Virus record (IMG/VR): IMGVR_UViG_3300010429_001259
Length of the DNA stretch: 20,000 nt
Direction: 5' to 3' (one strand)
Origin: an uncultured virus (IMG/VR IMGVR_UViG_3300010429_001259)
Taxonomy: Duplodnaviria; Heunggongvirae; Uroviricota; Caudoviricetes
Shown: positions 1-7,811 of the stretch, in pieces
Layout: every line of letters begins with the position of its first letter
How positions within the stretch are numbered: the stretch's first letter is position 1
Position numbers and translations under genes: made by a program
The notes under the pieces: generated by a model
What the model was told of the DNA's origin: nothing
Seen by the model: only the letters and a program-made list of their open reading frames with translations
Databases searched by the model: none

Positions 1-2
1 AC

Positions 3-3000
3 CCGGACGAGCATCTCGACCAGAGCAACCTGCTCATGTTCAAGTCGGAGATGGCCAACCAGAAGACCGGCGCTCCGGGCGTGATCTACATCCCGGTTCA
101 CCAGCTTGTGAAGTGGGTACAGGCCCAGCGCGAGCGCAGTGAGACGGTCGAAGTCAAGAAGGACGACGAGAAGGACAAGACCTACTCGAACCGGAACAAG
201 AACGAGGCCTATCTGGCCGACGTCATGGAGGGCATCTCGATCATCCTGAACAGCGGGATGGTCGAGGATCAGCTGCCGGCCCGGGTGGAAGGTCTGCGCG
301 AGGACGGCACGGCGAAGTACACGCGGTTCGCCGGGCAGAACATCCCGAAGAACCTGCGGCTGGCGACGATGACGTACGGCCAGATGATGTTCGGGCGGGA
401 AAAGGCCGCGGCGAGACGCGCCGAGGAGGGCAAGACTGAGCTCAGCCCGCACCACAACGAGTACGGCAGCGCAAAGAACGAGGCCGACGATCTTCGCGAC
501 CCGAACAGCGCGTTCGTTGCGGAGCAGTCACCCGACAACGAAGGCGTCGATCCGTACGAGCTGTGGGGCGATCTGAAGCAGGTGAAGCGAGTCGCCGAGA
601 GGACTGTGGACACTGGCATCGACCGCGGGCGCAGGCTCCGCATCGCCGTGGCTGAGTCCAGCAACAAAAAAGCGAAACAGTACGTCACCACCGACCCAGA
701 CGCGACCCCTCTCGACTTCTTCAGCGACACCGAGAAGCCCGCAGTTCCCGACGAGTTCGACGACCAGCAGTTCCGCACGAAGAATGGCGGTGAGTCCGCC
801 TACTCGCCGCTGCCGGCCGAGAGCAAGATGAACGCCTGGAAGGACGCCGACAAGAATGCTGCTGCCCTGCTGAATAAGTTCCGCAAGTATGTGGAAACCA
901 ACGTCGGCGGCAAGATCGTCCGCACGCCGATCGAGAGCGACGTAGCCGGCGGGCTGACCGAGATCGAGCAGCGCCTGCGGGCAGCGAAGACGCCGTCGTA
1001 CAGCCCGGACAAGTACGCCGCCGTCGGCGGTCTTCACTACGCCATCCCCCTGGCCCAGGTCCTGAATCCCGACGTGATCAGCACGATGGATATCGTCGAT
1101 GCAGACGCTCAGCGCATCGTCGCCGCGCGCGCCGAGCTGGCCGGGCTGGTGCGGGATGCGAAGGGCTTCAGCGACGCACAGCGCGTGCGGCTGACCCGGG
1201 CGATGGCGCCGGCTGAGAGCGCCGCGCGGATCAATCTCGGGAACTACCGGAAGGCCCTCGAGAAGGCGATCAATGCCGCCCCGACCGAAGAGCAGATGAC
1301 CGAAGTCCCGAAGGCTGCAGCCTCGAAGACCGAAGCCCCGAAGGCTGCAGCCTCGAAGGATGCCCTCGCCACCGCGATCACTCTCCGGCAGAACTACCTC
1401 GACAACCCGCCTGCGGACTACAGCGCCGACACTGTGCGCGGAATCATCAAGTGGGCCGAGCGCCAGGCTGAGCGCGTCGCGGCGGCTGCGAAGGAGCTCG
1501 ACGGCAGCGAGGACTTCAAGCGCGTCGACGAAGTGAACGACCGGGCAATCGATCTGCGGGTCCTGATCAAGAGCGCGAAGGAGTCCCTGGCCCGGGATGA
1601 AGCCGCGCGCGCGGCAGACCCGACGCTGTTTGGCACTGACGCCGCCCCGGAGGTGGCGGCTCAACCCCCAAAGTCGAGCTCCGCGCCCGATGGGGCGGCT
1701 GACTGGAGCGGCAGAGGGCGCAAGCTCAACGCAATGGCCGCGGACATCCACCGCGATCTCGGTCGCGAAGGGTTCCCTGCCACGCACGACTCGCCCATCA
1801 AGCACGAGGGCAAGTTCGATTGGCGCGCGCATCAGGGCAAGGGCGAGGGGAACGCGGCGTTCGGCGCGGGGACGTACCTGTCGACGGCGGATGGGGTTCA
1901 CCGGAGCTACAAGGAGCAGTTCACGGCGGCGGTTAGTGGGCGGTCCGGGGGGCTCGATGCTGCATATCGCATCACGTCTGGTTATGATGGGGAGCCCGAG
2001 ATTATCGCCGCCGTTCAGGATTTGGGGAGGAAGGCACCTATCCAAAGCATGAGGGATGCAGCTGCAGAGGCCGTGCGTGAAAGCGTCGTAGACGACGAAG
2101 ACGGCATTCGCTACTCGATCATCCAGCGCATTTTGTCAGGGAAAGTCGATAGCGAACTCCGCGCGATCGCCGATGCGGCTACGAACGAAAAGTCCCCCAC
2201 CTACGAAGTCTCCGTGAACATCAAGCCCGAGCAGCTGCTGGATTGGGACGCGCCGCTGAGCGAGCAGAGTAAGCTCGTGAAGAAGGCCAAAGGAGACATT
2301 CTGAGCAAACTCTGGCGAGGGATGGGTGCGTTCGACGCTTCCTACGACCGCTATGTGGAGCAGATTGAAGACGGCGTCGCCCACGGCGCCACGGTGTACA
2401 ACGCCCTGGCTGAGATGCTCGGCTCCCAGGCCAAGGCCTCTGACTACCTTCAGTCCCTCGGCATCCTGGGCCACAAGTACGCCGCCGCCGGCGGGAAGAA
2501 CAACACCCACCCGAACTATGTGATCTACGACGACAGCAAGATCACTACGAACTACGTCCACTTCAACGCCCAAGACCGCTCCGGCAGCACCCGAGTCGCC
2601 TCTGACGCCGACATCGCCGAAGCCAAGGCCTACTTCCGCAAAGTCCTCGGCCCGCAGGTCAAGGTCCTGTTCAAGGAGATCACCGGGTGCTCCGGCGAAT
2701 GGCTGGACGCCGAGAACACCGCCGTCATCAGCACCATGGCTGCCGCCGGTACGATGCAGACCGCCTACCACGAGGCCCTGCACGCGTTCTTCTCCAAGTA
2801 TGTGAAGGGTGACCCCAAGGTCCTGCCCATCATGAAGGCCCTGGCCGAGAACGAGCGGATCCTTGAGCGGGTCAAGGCCCTGCTCCACGAGTACCCCGCT
2901 GCCCTGGCCCAGCTGGCCGACGGTGAGGAGCGTCTGGCCTACATTTATCAGTTCTGGGCGGCCGGGCTGCTCAAACTGGGCCCAGGGCCGGGGCGTACGT

Positions 3001-5339
3001 GGCTCCAGAAGCTCGGAAAGTTCTTCCGGGGTGTCCTGGGTATGGTCAGTGATTCCGAGCGCGCTGTGGACCTCCTGGAGGCCTTCCACGCGGGCAAGAT
3101 GGCCGAGCCCAGCGCTGCCGGGCGGGTGATCGCGAAACTGACGGCCCAGCCGGTGACCGTGAAGGTCCGCCGGAAGCTCGACGGACTGTCCCAGCTTGTC
3201 GCTGCGGCGACACTTCCAGCTGAGTCGATCCTCCTGAACAGCCCGAGCGCCGCCGTCAGGGACCTGGGGCGGAAATTCTTCAGCAACCCGGGCGACGAGG
3301 AAGCCGGCAAGTACCCGGAGGGCTACCTCAACGCCCGCAAGCGGGAGTCCATCAAGTACCACGGCGTGTTTGCGCGGGCCGTGGCTGGGCTGGACAGCAG
3401 CGACCTGAAGGAAGTCGCCAAGTACCTCCAGCAGGGCACCGACCCAGCCAACATCCCGTACAAGCCCCACGCCGATGCCGTGAAGGGCGTGCGCGAGGCC
3501 CTGGACCGGTTCTACACGTACATGAAGGACGAAAAGGGCCTGAGCGTCGGCTACATCGAGCGGTACTACCCGGTCATCTGGAGCACGGACATCCTTCATG
3601 ACAAGAAGGACGAGTTCATCAAGATGCTCACCGACAACTACGGTGACATCCTGGCCAAGGGCGTGGCATCGTCGAAGGGCAACCTTGACGAGGCGGGTGT
3701 CGCCGAGCGCATCTGGGCGGCGCTGATCCGCAACGGTGGCGGCGACAACAAGATCGCCCCCGCCCGTAGCGACGGCGTTCTGGTGCCGTACTTCGAAAGT
3801 GGTGAGCACCGGGTCCTGAACTGGATCAAGCCCGAGCACCGCGAGCCGTTCCTGCAGAAGGACCTGATCGGACAGATCAGCAAATACTTCCACGAAGGCG
3901 CGCGCAAGGCCGAGTACCAGAGCCGGTTCGGTGAGCACGGCGAGAAACTGTCCGAGCTTCTCGACCCAACGACGGAAGCATTCGACGAACTCCGGTGGGC
4001 TGACGCGAACAAAGACGGTCCGCCACCTGGGCTGCTGGACGTCGAGTACGTCACCAAACCCGGCCAGAAGACCCTGATCATCGCGACATTCGCCGGCACC
4101 GCTGAAACGGAGCTCATGGCCGAGGCCGACAAAATGGTCGCCCGGGGTGAACTGAAGAACACCACCGCAGCGAAGAAGTGGGTGGCCCGGCAGATGCGCG
4201 ACGTCCGTCAGGCCGTAGGCGCGATGGAGGGTACCCTGGGCAAGGACATCCCCGAGGGCTGGCGGAAGTTCAACAGCTGGATGACTGTCTACCAGAACGT
4301 GCGCCTGCTGCCGCTGGCCCTTTTCAGCAGCATCGTCGACCCGCTGGGGATGGTGGCGCGCGGGGCTGAGCTCAAGGACGCCTACGCGGCGTTCCTGGCC
4401 GGCATGAAGGAAGTTGTGCGCGCCTGGGGCAACGAGTTCAGGGATGAGCCAAAGGCCAGCGGCCTGGACCCGAAATGGACCCGGTTGGCCGAGGCGGTGG
4501 GAGCCACTGAGGCTGAGCTCTTTGCCCACCATGTGTCCGAGGAGTTCTCGTCGGACTACATGGTGCACGGCGCGAAGACGATCAACGACAAGATGTTCAT
4601 CCTGAACGGGATGGAGGCGTGGAACCGGGCGATGCGCATCGCCGGCACGAAGGCCGCGGTGGAGTTCATCGTGAAGCACAAGGGCCTGCCTGACAAGATC
4701 CACAGCGCGCGCTGGCTGCAGGAGCTTGGACTGAAGCCTGAAGACATCGTGCTCAATGCTGACGGCGAGCTCGTGACAGACCGGCACGAACTGGCACGGC
4801 TGAAGAACATCCCACTGGAGCAGGCGACGAAGGAGATGCAGCGCACCCACTGGGCGATCAACCGGTGGGTGGAGGGTGCGATCCTGACGCCGAACGCGGC
4901 ACAGCGCCCGTCGTGGAGCAGTGACCCGCGCTGGGGCATCTTCTTCCACCTGAAGCAGTTCACGTACAGCTTCCACTACACGCTGATGAAGCGGGCCGTG
5001 AAGGAACTTGAGTATGGGAACCTGGCCCCGATCGGTGCGTTTGCGTGGTACATCCCCGTCATGCTGGCGAGTGACATCACTCGCGGGCTGATTCAGGGCG
5101 GTGGCGAACTGCCGGCGTACATGAAGGGGTGGGACGTGGGCGACCACCTTATCAACGCCACACAGCGCTCGGGGTTCCTGTCCATCGGACAGATCGGCGT
5201 GGACGCGGTTGCAGACCCGGCCAGCCTGGGCGGGCCAGCGATCGAGCAGATGATCGACGCGATGCGCGACCCGCTGGAGCACTCGACCATCAAGGCTCTG
5301 CCGCTGCAGCCGATTTTCAGGAACGCGGCACTGAACTGA
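3..5339 (+). CDS. Giant polyvalent internal virion/ejection-type protein, 5'-truncated by the window (>1767 aa), with ART-like, HExxH peptidase-like and gp16-like C-terminal regions
   Basis: The frame is open from position 3 with no stop before ATG 36, and codon bias is strongly GC3. Motifs: ATHDSP...GKGEGNAAFGAGTYLS...LLDWDAPLSEQ...LGILGHKY...NYVIYDD (polyvalent-protein ART-like pattern, ~1770-2550); YHEALH (HEALH at 2769-2783) with downstream EERLA; RPSW...GIFFHLKQFTYSF near the C-terminus, typical of podovirus internal core proteins. Confidence 0.85.
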   Translation, partial: PDEHLDQSNLLMFKSEMANQKTGAPGVIYIPVHQLVKWVQAQRERSETVEVKKDDEKDKTYSNRNKNEAYLADVMEGISIILNSGMVEDQLPARVEGLREDGTAKYTRFAGQNIPKNLRLATMTYGQMMFGREKAAARRAEEGKTELSPHHNEYGSAKNEADDLRDPNSAFVAEQSPDNEGVDPYELWGDLKQVKRVAERTVDTGIDRGRRLRIAVAESSNKKAKQYVTTDPDATPLDFFSDTEKPAVPDEFDDQQFRTKNGGESAYSPLPAESKMNAWKDADKNAAALLNKFRKYVETNVGGKIVRTPIESDVAGGLTEIEQRLRAAKTPSYSPDKYAAVGGLHYAIPLAQVLNPDVISTMDIVDADAQRIVAARAELAGLVRDAKGFSDAQRVRLTRAMAPAESAARINLGNYRKALEKAINAAPTEEQMTEVPKAAASKTEAPKAAASKDALATAITLRQNYLDNPPADYSADTVRGIIKWAERQAERVAAAAKELDGSEDFKRVDEVNDRAIDLRVLIKSAKESLARDEAARAADPTLFGTDAAPEVAAQPPKSSSAPDGAADWSGRGRKLNAMAADIHRDLGREGFPATHDSPIKHEGKFDWRAHQGKGEGNAAFGAGTYLSTADGVHRSYKEQFTAAVSGRSGGLDAAYRITSGYDGEPEIIAAVQDLGRKAPIQSMRDAAAEAVRESVVDDEDGIRYSIIQRILSGKVDSELRAIADAATNEKSPTYEVSVNIKPEQLLDWDAPLSEQSKLVKKAKGDILSKLWRGMGAFDASYDRYVEQIEDGVAHGATVYNALAEMLGSQAKASDYLQSLGILGHKYAAAGGKNNTHPNYVIYDDSKITTNYVHFNAQDRSGSTRVASDADIAEAKAYFRKVLGPQVKVLFKEITGCSGEWLDAENTAVISTMAAAGTMQTAYHEALHAFFSKYVKGDPKVLPIMKALAENERILERVKALLHEYPAALAQLADGEERLAYIYQFWAAGLLKLGPGPGRTWLQKLGKFFRGVLGMVSDSERAVDLLEAFHAGKMAEPSAAGRVIAKLTAQPVTVKVRRKLDGLSQLVAAATLPAESILLNSPSAAVRDLGRKFFSNPGDEEAGKYPEGYLNARKRESIKYHGVFARAVAGLDSSDLKEVAKYLQQGTDPANIPYKPHADAVKGVREALDRFYTYMKDEKGLSVGYIERYYPVIWSTDILHDKKDEFIKMLTDNYGDILAKGVASSKGNLDEAGVAERIWAALIRNGGGDNKIAPARSDGVLVPYFESGEHRVLNWIKPEHREPFLQKDLIGQISKYFHEGARKAEYQSRFGEHGEKLSELLDPTTEAFDELRWADANKDGPPPGLLDVEYVTKPGQKTLIIATFAGTAETELMAEADKMVARGELKNTTAAKKWVARQMRDVRQAVGAMEGTLGKDIPEGWRKFNSWMTVYQNVRLLPLALFSSIVDPLGMVARGAELKDAYAAFLAGMKEVVRAWGNEFRDEPKASGLDPKWTRLAEAVGATEAELFAHHVSEEFSSDYMVHGAKTINDKMFILNGMEAWNRAMRIAGTKAAVEFIVKHKGLPDKIHSARWLQELGLKPEDIVLNADGELVTDRHELARLKNIPLEQATKEMQRTHWAINRWVEGAILTPNAAQRPSWSSDPRWGIFFHLKQFTYSFHYTLMKRAVKELEYGNLAPIGAFAWYIPVMLASDITRGLIQGGGELPAYMKGWDVGDHLINATQRSGFLSIGQIGVDAVADPASLGGPAIEQMIDAMRDPLEHSTIKALPLQPIFRNAALN
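1298..1358 (+). repeat. In-frame 30-bp tandem duplication (TEVPKAAASK / TEAPKAAASK)
   Basis: gaccgaagtcccgaaggctgcagcctcgaa is followed by gaccgaagccccgaaggctgcagcctcgaa (1 mismatch). Confidence 0.95.
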
Positions 5340-5364
5340 TCGCGCCCCATACGTGGTGACCCAC

Positions 5365-5388
5365 AAAAAGAAAAGGCCCCGCAGGGCC
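5365..5388 (-). terminator. Intrinsic terminator for the minus-strand gene run
   Basis: Stem GGCCC-cgca-GGGCC (5375-5388) is followed on the minus strand by TTTTCTTTTT and lies between convergent genes. Confidence 0.7.
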
Positions 5389-5411
5389 CTGGAGATTCAT
5401 CGACGGTCAGA

Positions 5412-5558
5412 TCATGCCGGGAGAGCGCGAGACTTGGACCCGGTGTGGTTCTTGATCCAGCGGTAGACACCGTGGGACACGATCATGATGCCGGCGGCAG
5501 CGCGCAGGGCGCGGTAGGCGGTACGGATGACGCGGGCGATGAGGAAGAAGAGACTCAT
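5412..5558 (-). CDS. 48-aa basic/hydrophobic small protein (MSLFFLIARVIRTAYRALRAAAGIMIVSHGVYRWIKNHTGSKSRALPA), not in the ORF track
   Basis: ATG 5558 overlaps the TGA of the upstream ORF (ATGA). Codons are GC3-rich and the ORF ends just before the terminator. Confidence 0.7.
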   Translation of the reverse strand: MSLFFLIARVIRTAYRALRAAAGIMIVSHGVYRWIKNHTGSKSRALPA

Positions 5559-5839
5559 TTGGTGGATTCACTTTCTAGTTGGACAGTGGTCGAGCCCCAG
5601 GACTCGGATGTGATGACGAGTACATAGCCCTGTGACTCGTCGGTGGGATCGATGATGTAGCGCGATACGATCTGGCCGGCGTTATCCATCGCGATGCGAT
5701 TTTTCTGAAGCTGTTTTGCGCCGACGACACCATGATCACTGACAGCATGGCGGGCGATCAGATCGAGTGGTGTACGGCCGAGGCGCTCACGGGCTGCGTC
5801 GGTGATATGTAGGTTGCCGAGGAGGAAGTTTGAGTACAT
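5555..5839 (-). CDS. 94-aa protein, divergent member of the small 'plasmid-related protein' family
   Basis: FLLG...T.AA...L...LIARH...DHG...N..A....G.IVS.Y...VIT...STTV resembles the family pattern F.LG...T.GA...L.RH..GDWG...N..A...G.R..S.Y...IITE.DRS.TT. Confidence 0.7.
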   Translation of the reverse strand: MYSNFLLGNLHITDAARERLGRTPLDLIARHAVSDHGVVGAKQLQKNRIAMDNAGQIVSRYIIDPTDESQGYVLVITSESWGSTTVQLESESTK

Positions 5840-5873
5840 GTACTTATGCTCTCGCGTCTATTACTGAGCTCTA
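5797..5873. repeat. 77-bp direct repeat, copy 1 (upstream region plus first codons MYSNFLL..)
   Basis: 70/77 identical to 6232-6308, and all 7 differences are transitions. Contains the palindrome AGTACATGTACT (5833-5844). Confidence 0.95.
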
Positions 5874-5888
5874 ACGGAGATTGATTGC

Positions 5889-6155
5889 TCATGATCTGCA
5901 GCTACTTTTATGGGTTTGTTTCGCCAATTCTTCAGCGACGAAGCCTGGTGCGTAGCCGTGCTCTATCAGCCTCTTTTGTACGGATGCTGAATGGCGCTCC
6001 CACGTAGCGCGAATCTCTCGCTTTACCTCCTCTGTTTTCCCGCCGCTTCCAGTGCACAAATGCTTGATCCAGGCCCAGTAGTGCTCATCGCAGCGATACC
6101 CATTGCAAGCGTGCAGCGGGACGCCATACTCGTTTAGCTGATTGAGGTCTCTCAT
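5889..6155 (-). CDS. 88-aa hypothetical protein
   Basis: The ATG overlaps the TGA of the upstream 40-aa ORF, and the ORF fills the gap in the minus-strand run. Confidence 0.6.
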   Translation of the reverse strand: MRDLNQLNEYGVPLHACNGYRCDEHYWAWIKHLCTGSGGKTEEVKREIRATWERHSASVQKRLIEHGYAPGFVAEELAKQTHKSSCRS

Positions 6156-6274
6156 GATTTACACGGCCGTGGCCGATCCTTACTGTCTGAAAGCGCGCAG
6201 TCGACCGCGCCACGTTTTTTGGCTTTGTTCACGTCGGCGATATGTAGGTCGTCGAGGAGGAAGTTCGAGTACAT
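6152..6274 (-). CDS. 40-aa chimeric mini-ORF (MYSNFLLDDLHIADVNKAKKRGAVDCALSDSKDRPRPCKS), not in the ORF track
   Basis: Starts in repeat copy 2 with the same N-terminus as 5555-5839. Its stop overlaps the ATG of the 88-aa ORF. Confidence 0.45.
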   Translation of the reverse strand: MYSNFLLDDLHIADVNKAKKRGAVDCALSDSKDRPRPCKS

Positions 6275-6308
6275 GTACTTACGCTCTCGCGTCTATTACT
6301 AAACTCTA
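6232..6308. repeat. 77-bp direct repeat, copy 2
   Basis: 70/77 identical to 5797-5873; palindrome AGTACATGTACT at 6268-6279. Confidence 0.95.
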
Positions 6309-6410
6309 TTTACCTCTATCTACTTAATACTCTAATACTTACTATTTTTCCAAACTAAAGTTTAGTAGTGTAAGAATGTAAGAGTGTAAGTAGATAGAGA
6401 TTAGATATTA
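6292..6410. other. AT-rich non-coding element with strand-composition switch (candidate origin, terminus or regulatory site)
   Basis: No G in 6292-6359 and no C in 6356-6410. Perfect 13-bp inverted repeat at 6314-6326/6387-6399. TGTAAG occurs three times at 8-bp spacing (6369, 6377, 6385). Confidence 0.55.
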
Positions 6411-6488
6411 CGGCGCATAGATAGTCCGCCAGCTGCTGCGCGATCAGATCGGGTGATGCGGCGGCGCAATCAAAGATGAATGATGGGC

Positions 6489-6770
6489 TCATAAGCCCCC
6501 TCCTGAGAGTGAGTGAACCATACGCAGGTATTGATTGAGGCGGTTGCACATGCCAATGACTTCGTCAACTTCGTCGGCGAAGCCAATATAGAGTATGGCA
6601 TCGGACTGGAAGCGCTCTCTGTGCACGGCTCGAAGTTCGGCGCCCGGTATCAGCAAGTCATTTACGAAAAACCGCCGGTACTCTGTGATCGGTCGTTTCA
6701 GTTTCGCCAAGTCACGTTCAAGTGCCATGGCGTCGAGAACGTTCGCACTGCTCCTGGGCTCTGAGGTCAT
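6489..6770 (-). CDS. 93-aa hypothetical protein (MTSEPRSS...)
   Basis: ATG 6770 is preceded by an AAGGA RBS-like sequence just after the upstream stop. The longer track ORF (to 6950) overlaps the neighbouring gene. Confidence 0.7.
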   Translation of the reverse strand: MTSEPRSSANVLDAMALERDLAKLKRPITEYRRFFVNDLLIPGAELRAVHRERFQSDAILYIGFADEVDEVIGMCNRLNQYLRMVHSLSGGGL

Positions 6771-6781
6771 ATCTGTGTCCT

Positions 6782-7489
6782 TCACACGGCAGGATCCGTC
6801 ACGTCGTTCAATCGTCGTCGAAAGAAGATGGTCTGGGCCTTCTTCGCCCCCGACCCATGTGCCGGAAACCCGATGATAGCCTTGCGGTGCGGCACCGCAC
6901 AGACGCCACAAGTCGCGCAGTCGACGTGATCGTGGAGCACGGCCGGGCACACGCTGACATAATTCCCAGCCGGCGTGCGCAAAGGCTTCGTGGCGTCCGC
7001 AGGCAAGACGGTGACAACAGGCCCAACACCCAGGGCCACGAGTTCGTCAGCATGCTCCAGGCTATTTGCCGACAGGTTCATGGTGAACCCGCCATCGTTC
7101 ATGCTGCGGATCACCTTGCCGTTGATGCGTGGATCGTAGTGGGTGTATCCAAAGCCACGACGGCCGGCGTTGGCCTCGATCAATTTCCGGACGGCCTTGG
7201 TGTCGATACGCCGGCCGTCACCTGGCAGATCCCCAGCTTGAGCCCAGCGCCACAACTGATGACGCGGAAACTTCTTGATTGAGGCGCAGAGCTCTTCCAG
7301 GGTGCCGCCGCGCGCGCCGGAGTCGACCGCGCGCCAGTGAAGCGCGAGCGGACCAGACTCTGCGTAGCAACCGCTGCCCTTAAGCGGGCAGTCGACGGGG
7401 CACGTTGAGGAAGAAGTAGTAGTGACTGGGATTGGCCCGGTCTTCGCGTTACGACCCACGCGAGTGAGGTGATAGGTATGTTTGGACAT
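6782..7489 (-). CDS. Cys-rich Gp88-like/DUF7227-like phage protein (putative Fe-S, radical-SAM-like)
   Basis: Motifs NAKTGPIP...TCPVDCPLKGSGCYA (Cx3Cx6C), WRW..AGD, GYTH, NLSANS, VCPA...CATCGVC...IIGFPAHG. Start taken at ATG 7489. Confidence 0.75.
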   Translation of the reverse strand: MSKHTYHLTRVGRNAKTGPIPVTTTSSSTCPVDCPLKGSGCYAESGPLALHWRAVDSGARGGTLEELCASIKKFPRHQLWRWAQAGDLPGDGRRIDTKAVRKLIEANAGRRGFGYTHYDPRINGKVIRSMNDGGFTMNLSANSLEHADELVALGVGPVVTVLPADATKPLRTPAGNYVSVCPAVLHDHVDCATCGVCAVPHRKAIIGFPAHGSGAKKAQTIFFRRRLNDVTDPAV

Positions 7490-7496
7490 AACACCC

Positions 7497-7523
7497 AAAA
7501 CAAAAGCCGCACAAGGCGGCTTT
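7497..7523 (-). terminator. Intrinsic terminator-like hairpin
   Basis: AAAGCCGC-acaag-GCGGCTTT (7503-7523); the minus strand continues TTTTGTTTT. Confidence 0.7.
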
Positions 7524-7542
7524 GTCGGATGCTTGTCCTACA

Positions 7543-7788
7543 TCAGTCAGGTCTCGGGCAGTTCGGTGGGACGCGCACGACATCCCACACAGCTTCGTAC
7601 TTTGATCGGCCCACCCCATGAGGAACTCTGTTCCACCGGTCGATGTAGGCGTCGGGCATCGAATTTTTTAGGCTTCTCCAGATGCTGTCGCGGTGGACGC
7701 CGAGAGCTTGAGACAGCTCGGCTGTGGTGGCGCCTTCTTCAAGCGACAACAAATGCGCTCGTACGGCCTTGACAGTGGATTTGAACAT
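7543..7788 (-). CDS. 81-aa helix-turn-helix DNA-binding protein
   Basis: GATTAELSQALGVHRDSIWRSLKNSMPDAYIDRW fits an HTH pattern. RBS AGGAAGGG precedes ATG 7788. The longer track ORF runs into the structured RNA region. Confidence 0.75.
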   Translation of the reverse strand: MFKSTVKAVRAHLLSLEEGATTAELSQALGVHRDSIWRSLKNSMPDAYIDRWNRVPHGVGRSKYEAVWDVVRVPPNCPRPD

Positions 7789-7793
7789 TCTTA

Positions 7794-7811
7794 TCCCTTC
7801 CTGATTGCATC
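7794..7811. repeat. 18-bp direct repeat, copy 1 (tcccttcctgattgcatc)
   Basis: Identical to 8517-8534. Confidence 0.9.

Noticed and set aside
2136..5366. 1076-aa antisense ORF (and 528-2045, 505 aa)
   Set aside because: These are shadow frames of the GC3-biased plus-strand gene, with no recognisable motifs.
6355..6549. 64-aa minus-strand ORF
   Set aside because: It overlaps the 93-aa gene and runs into the low-complexity AT-rich element, with no convincing RBS.
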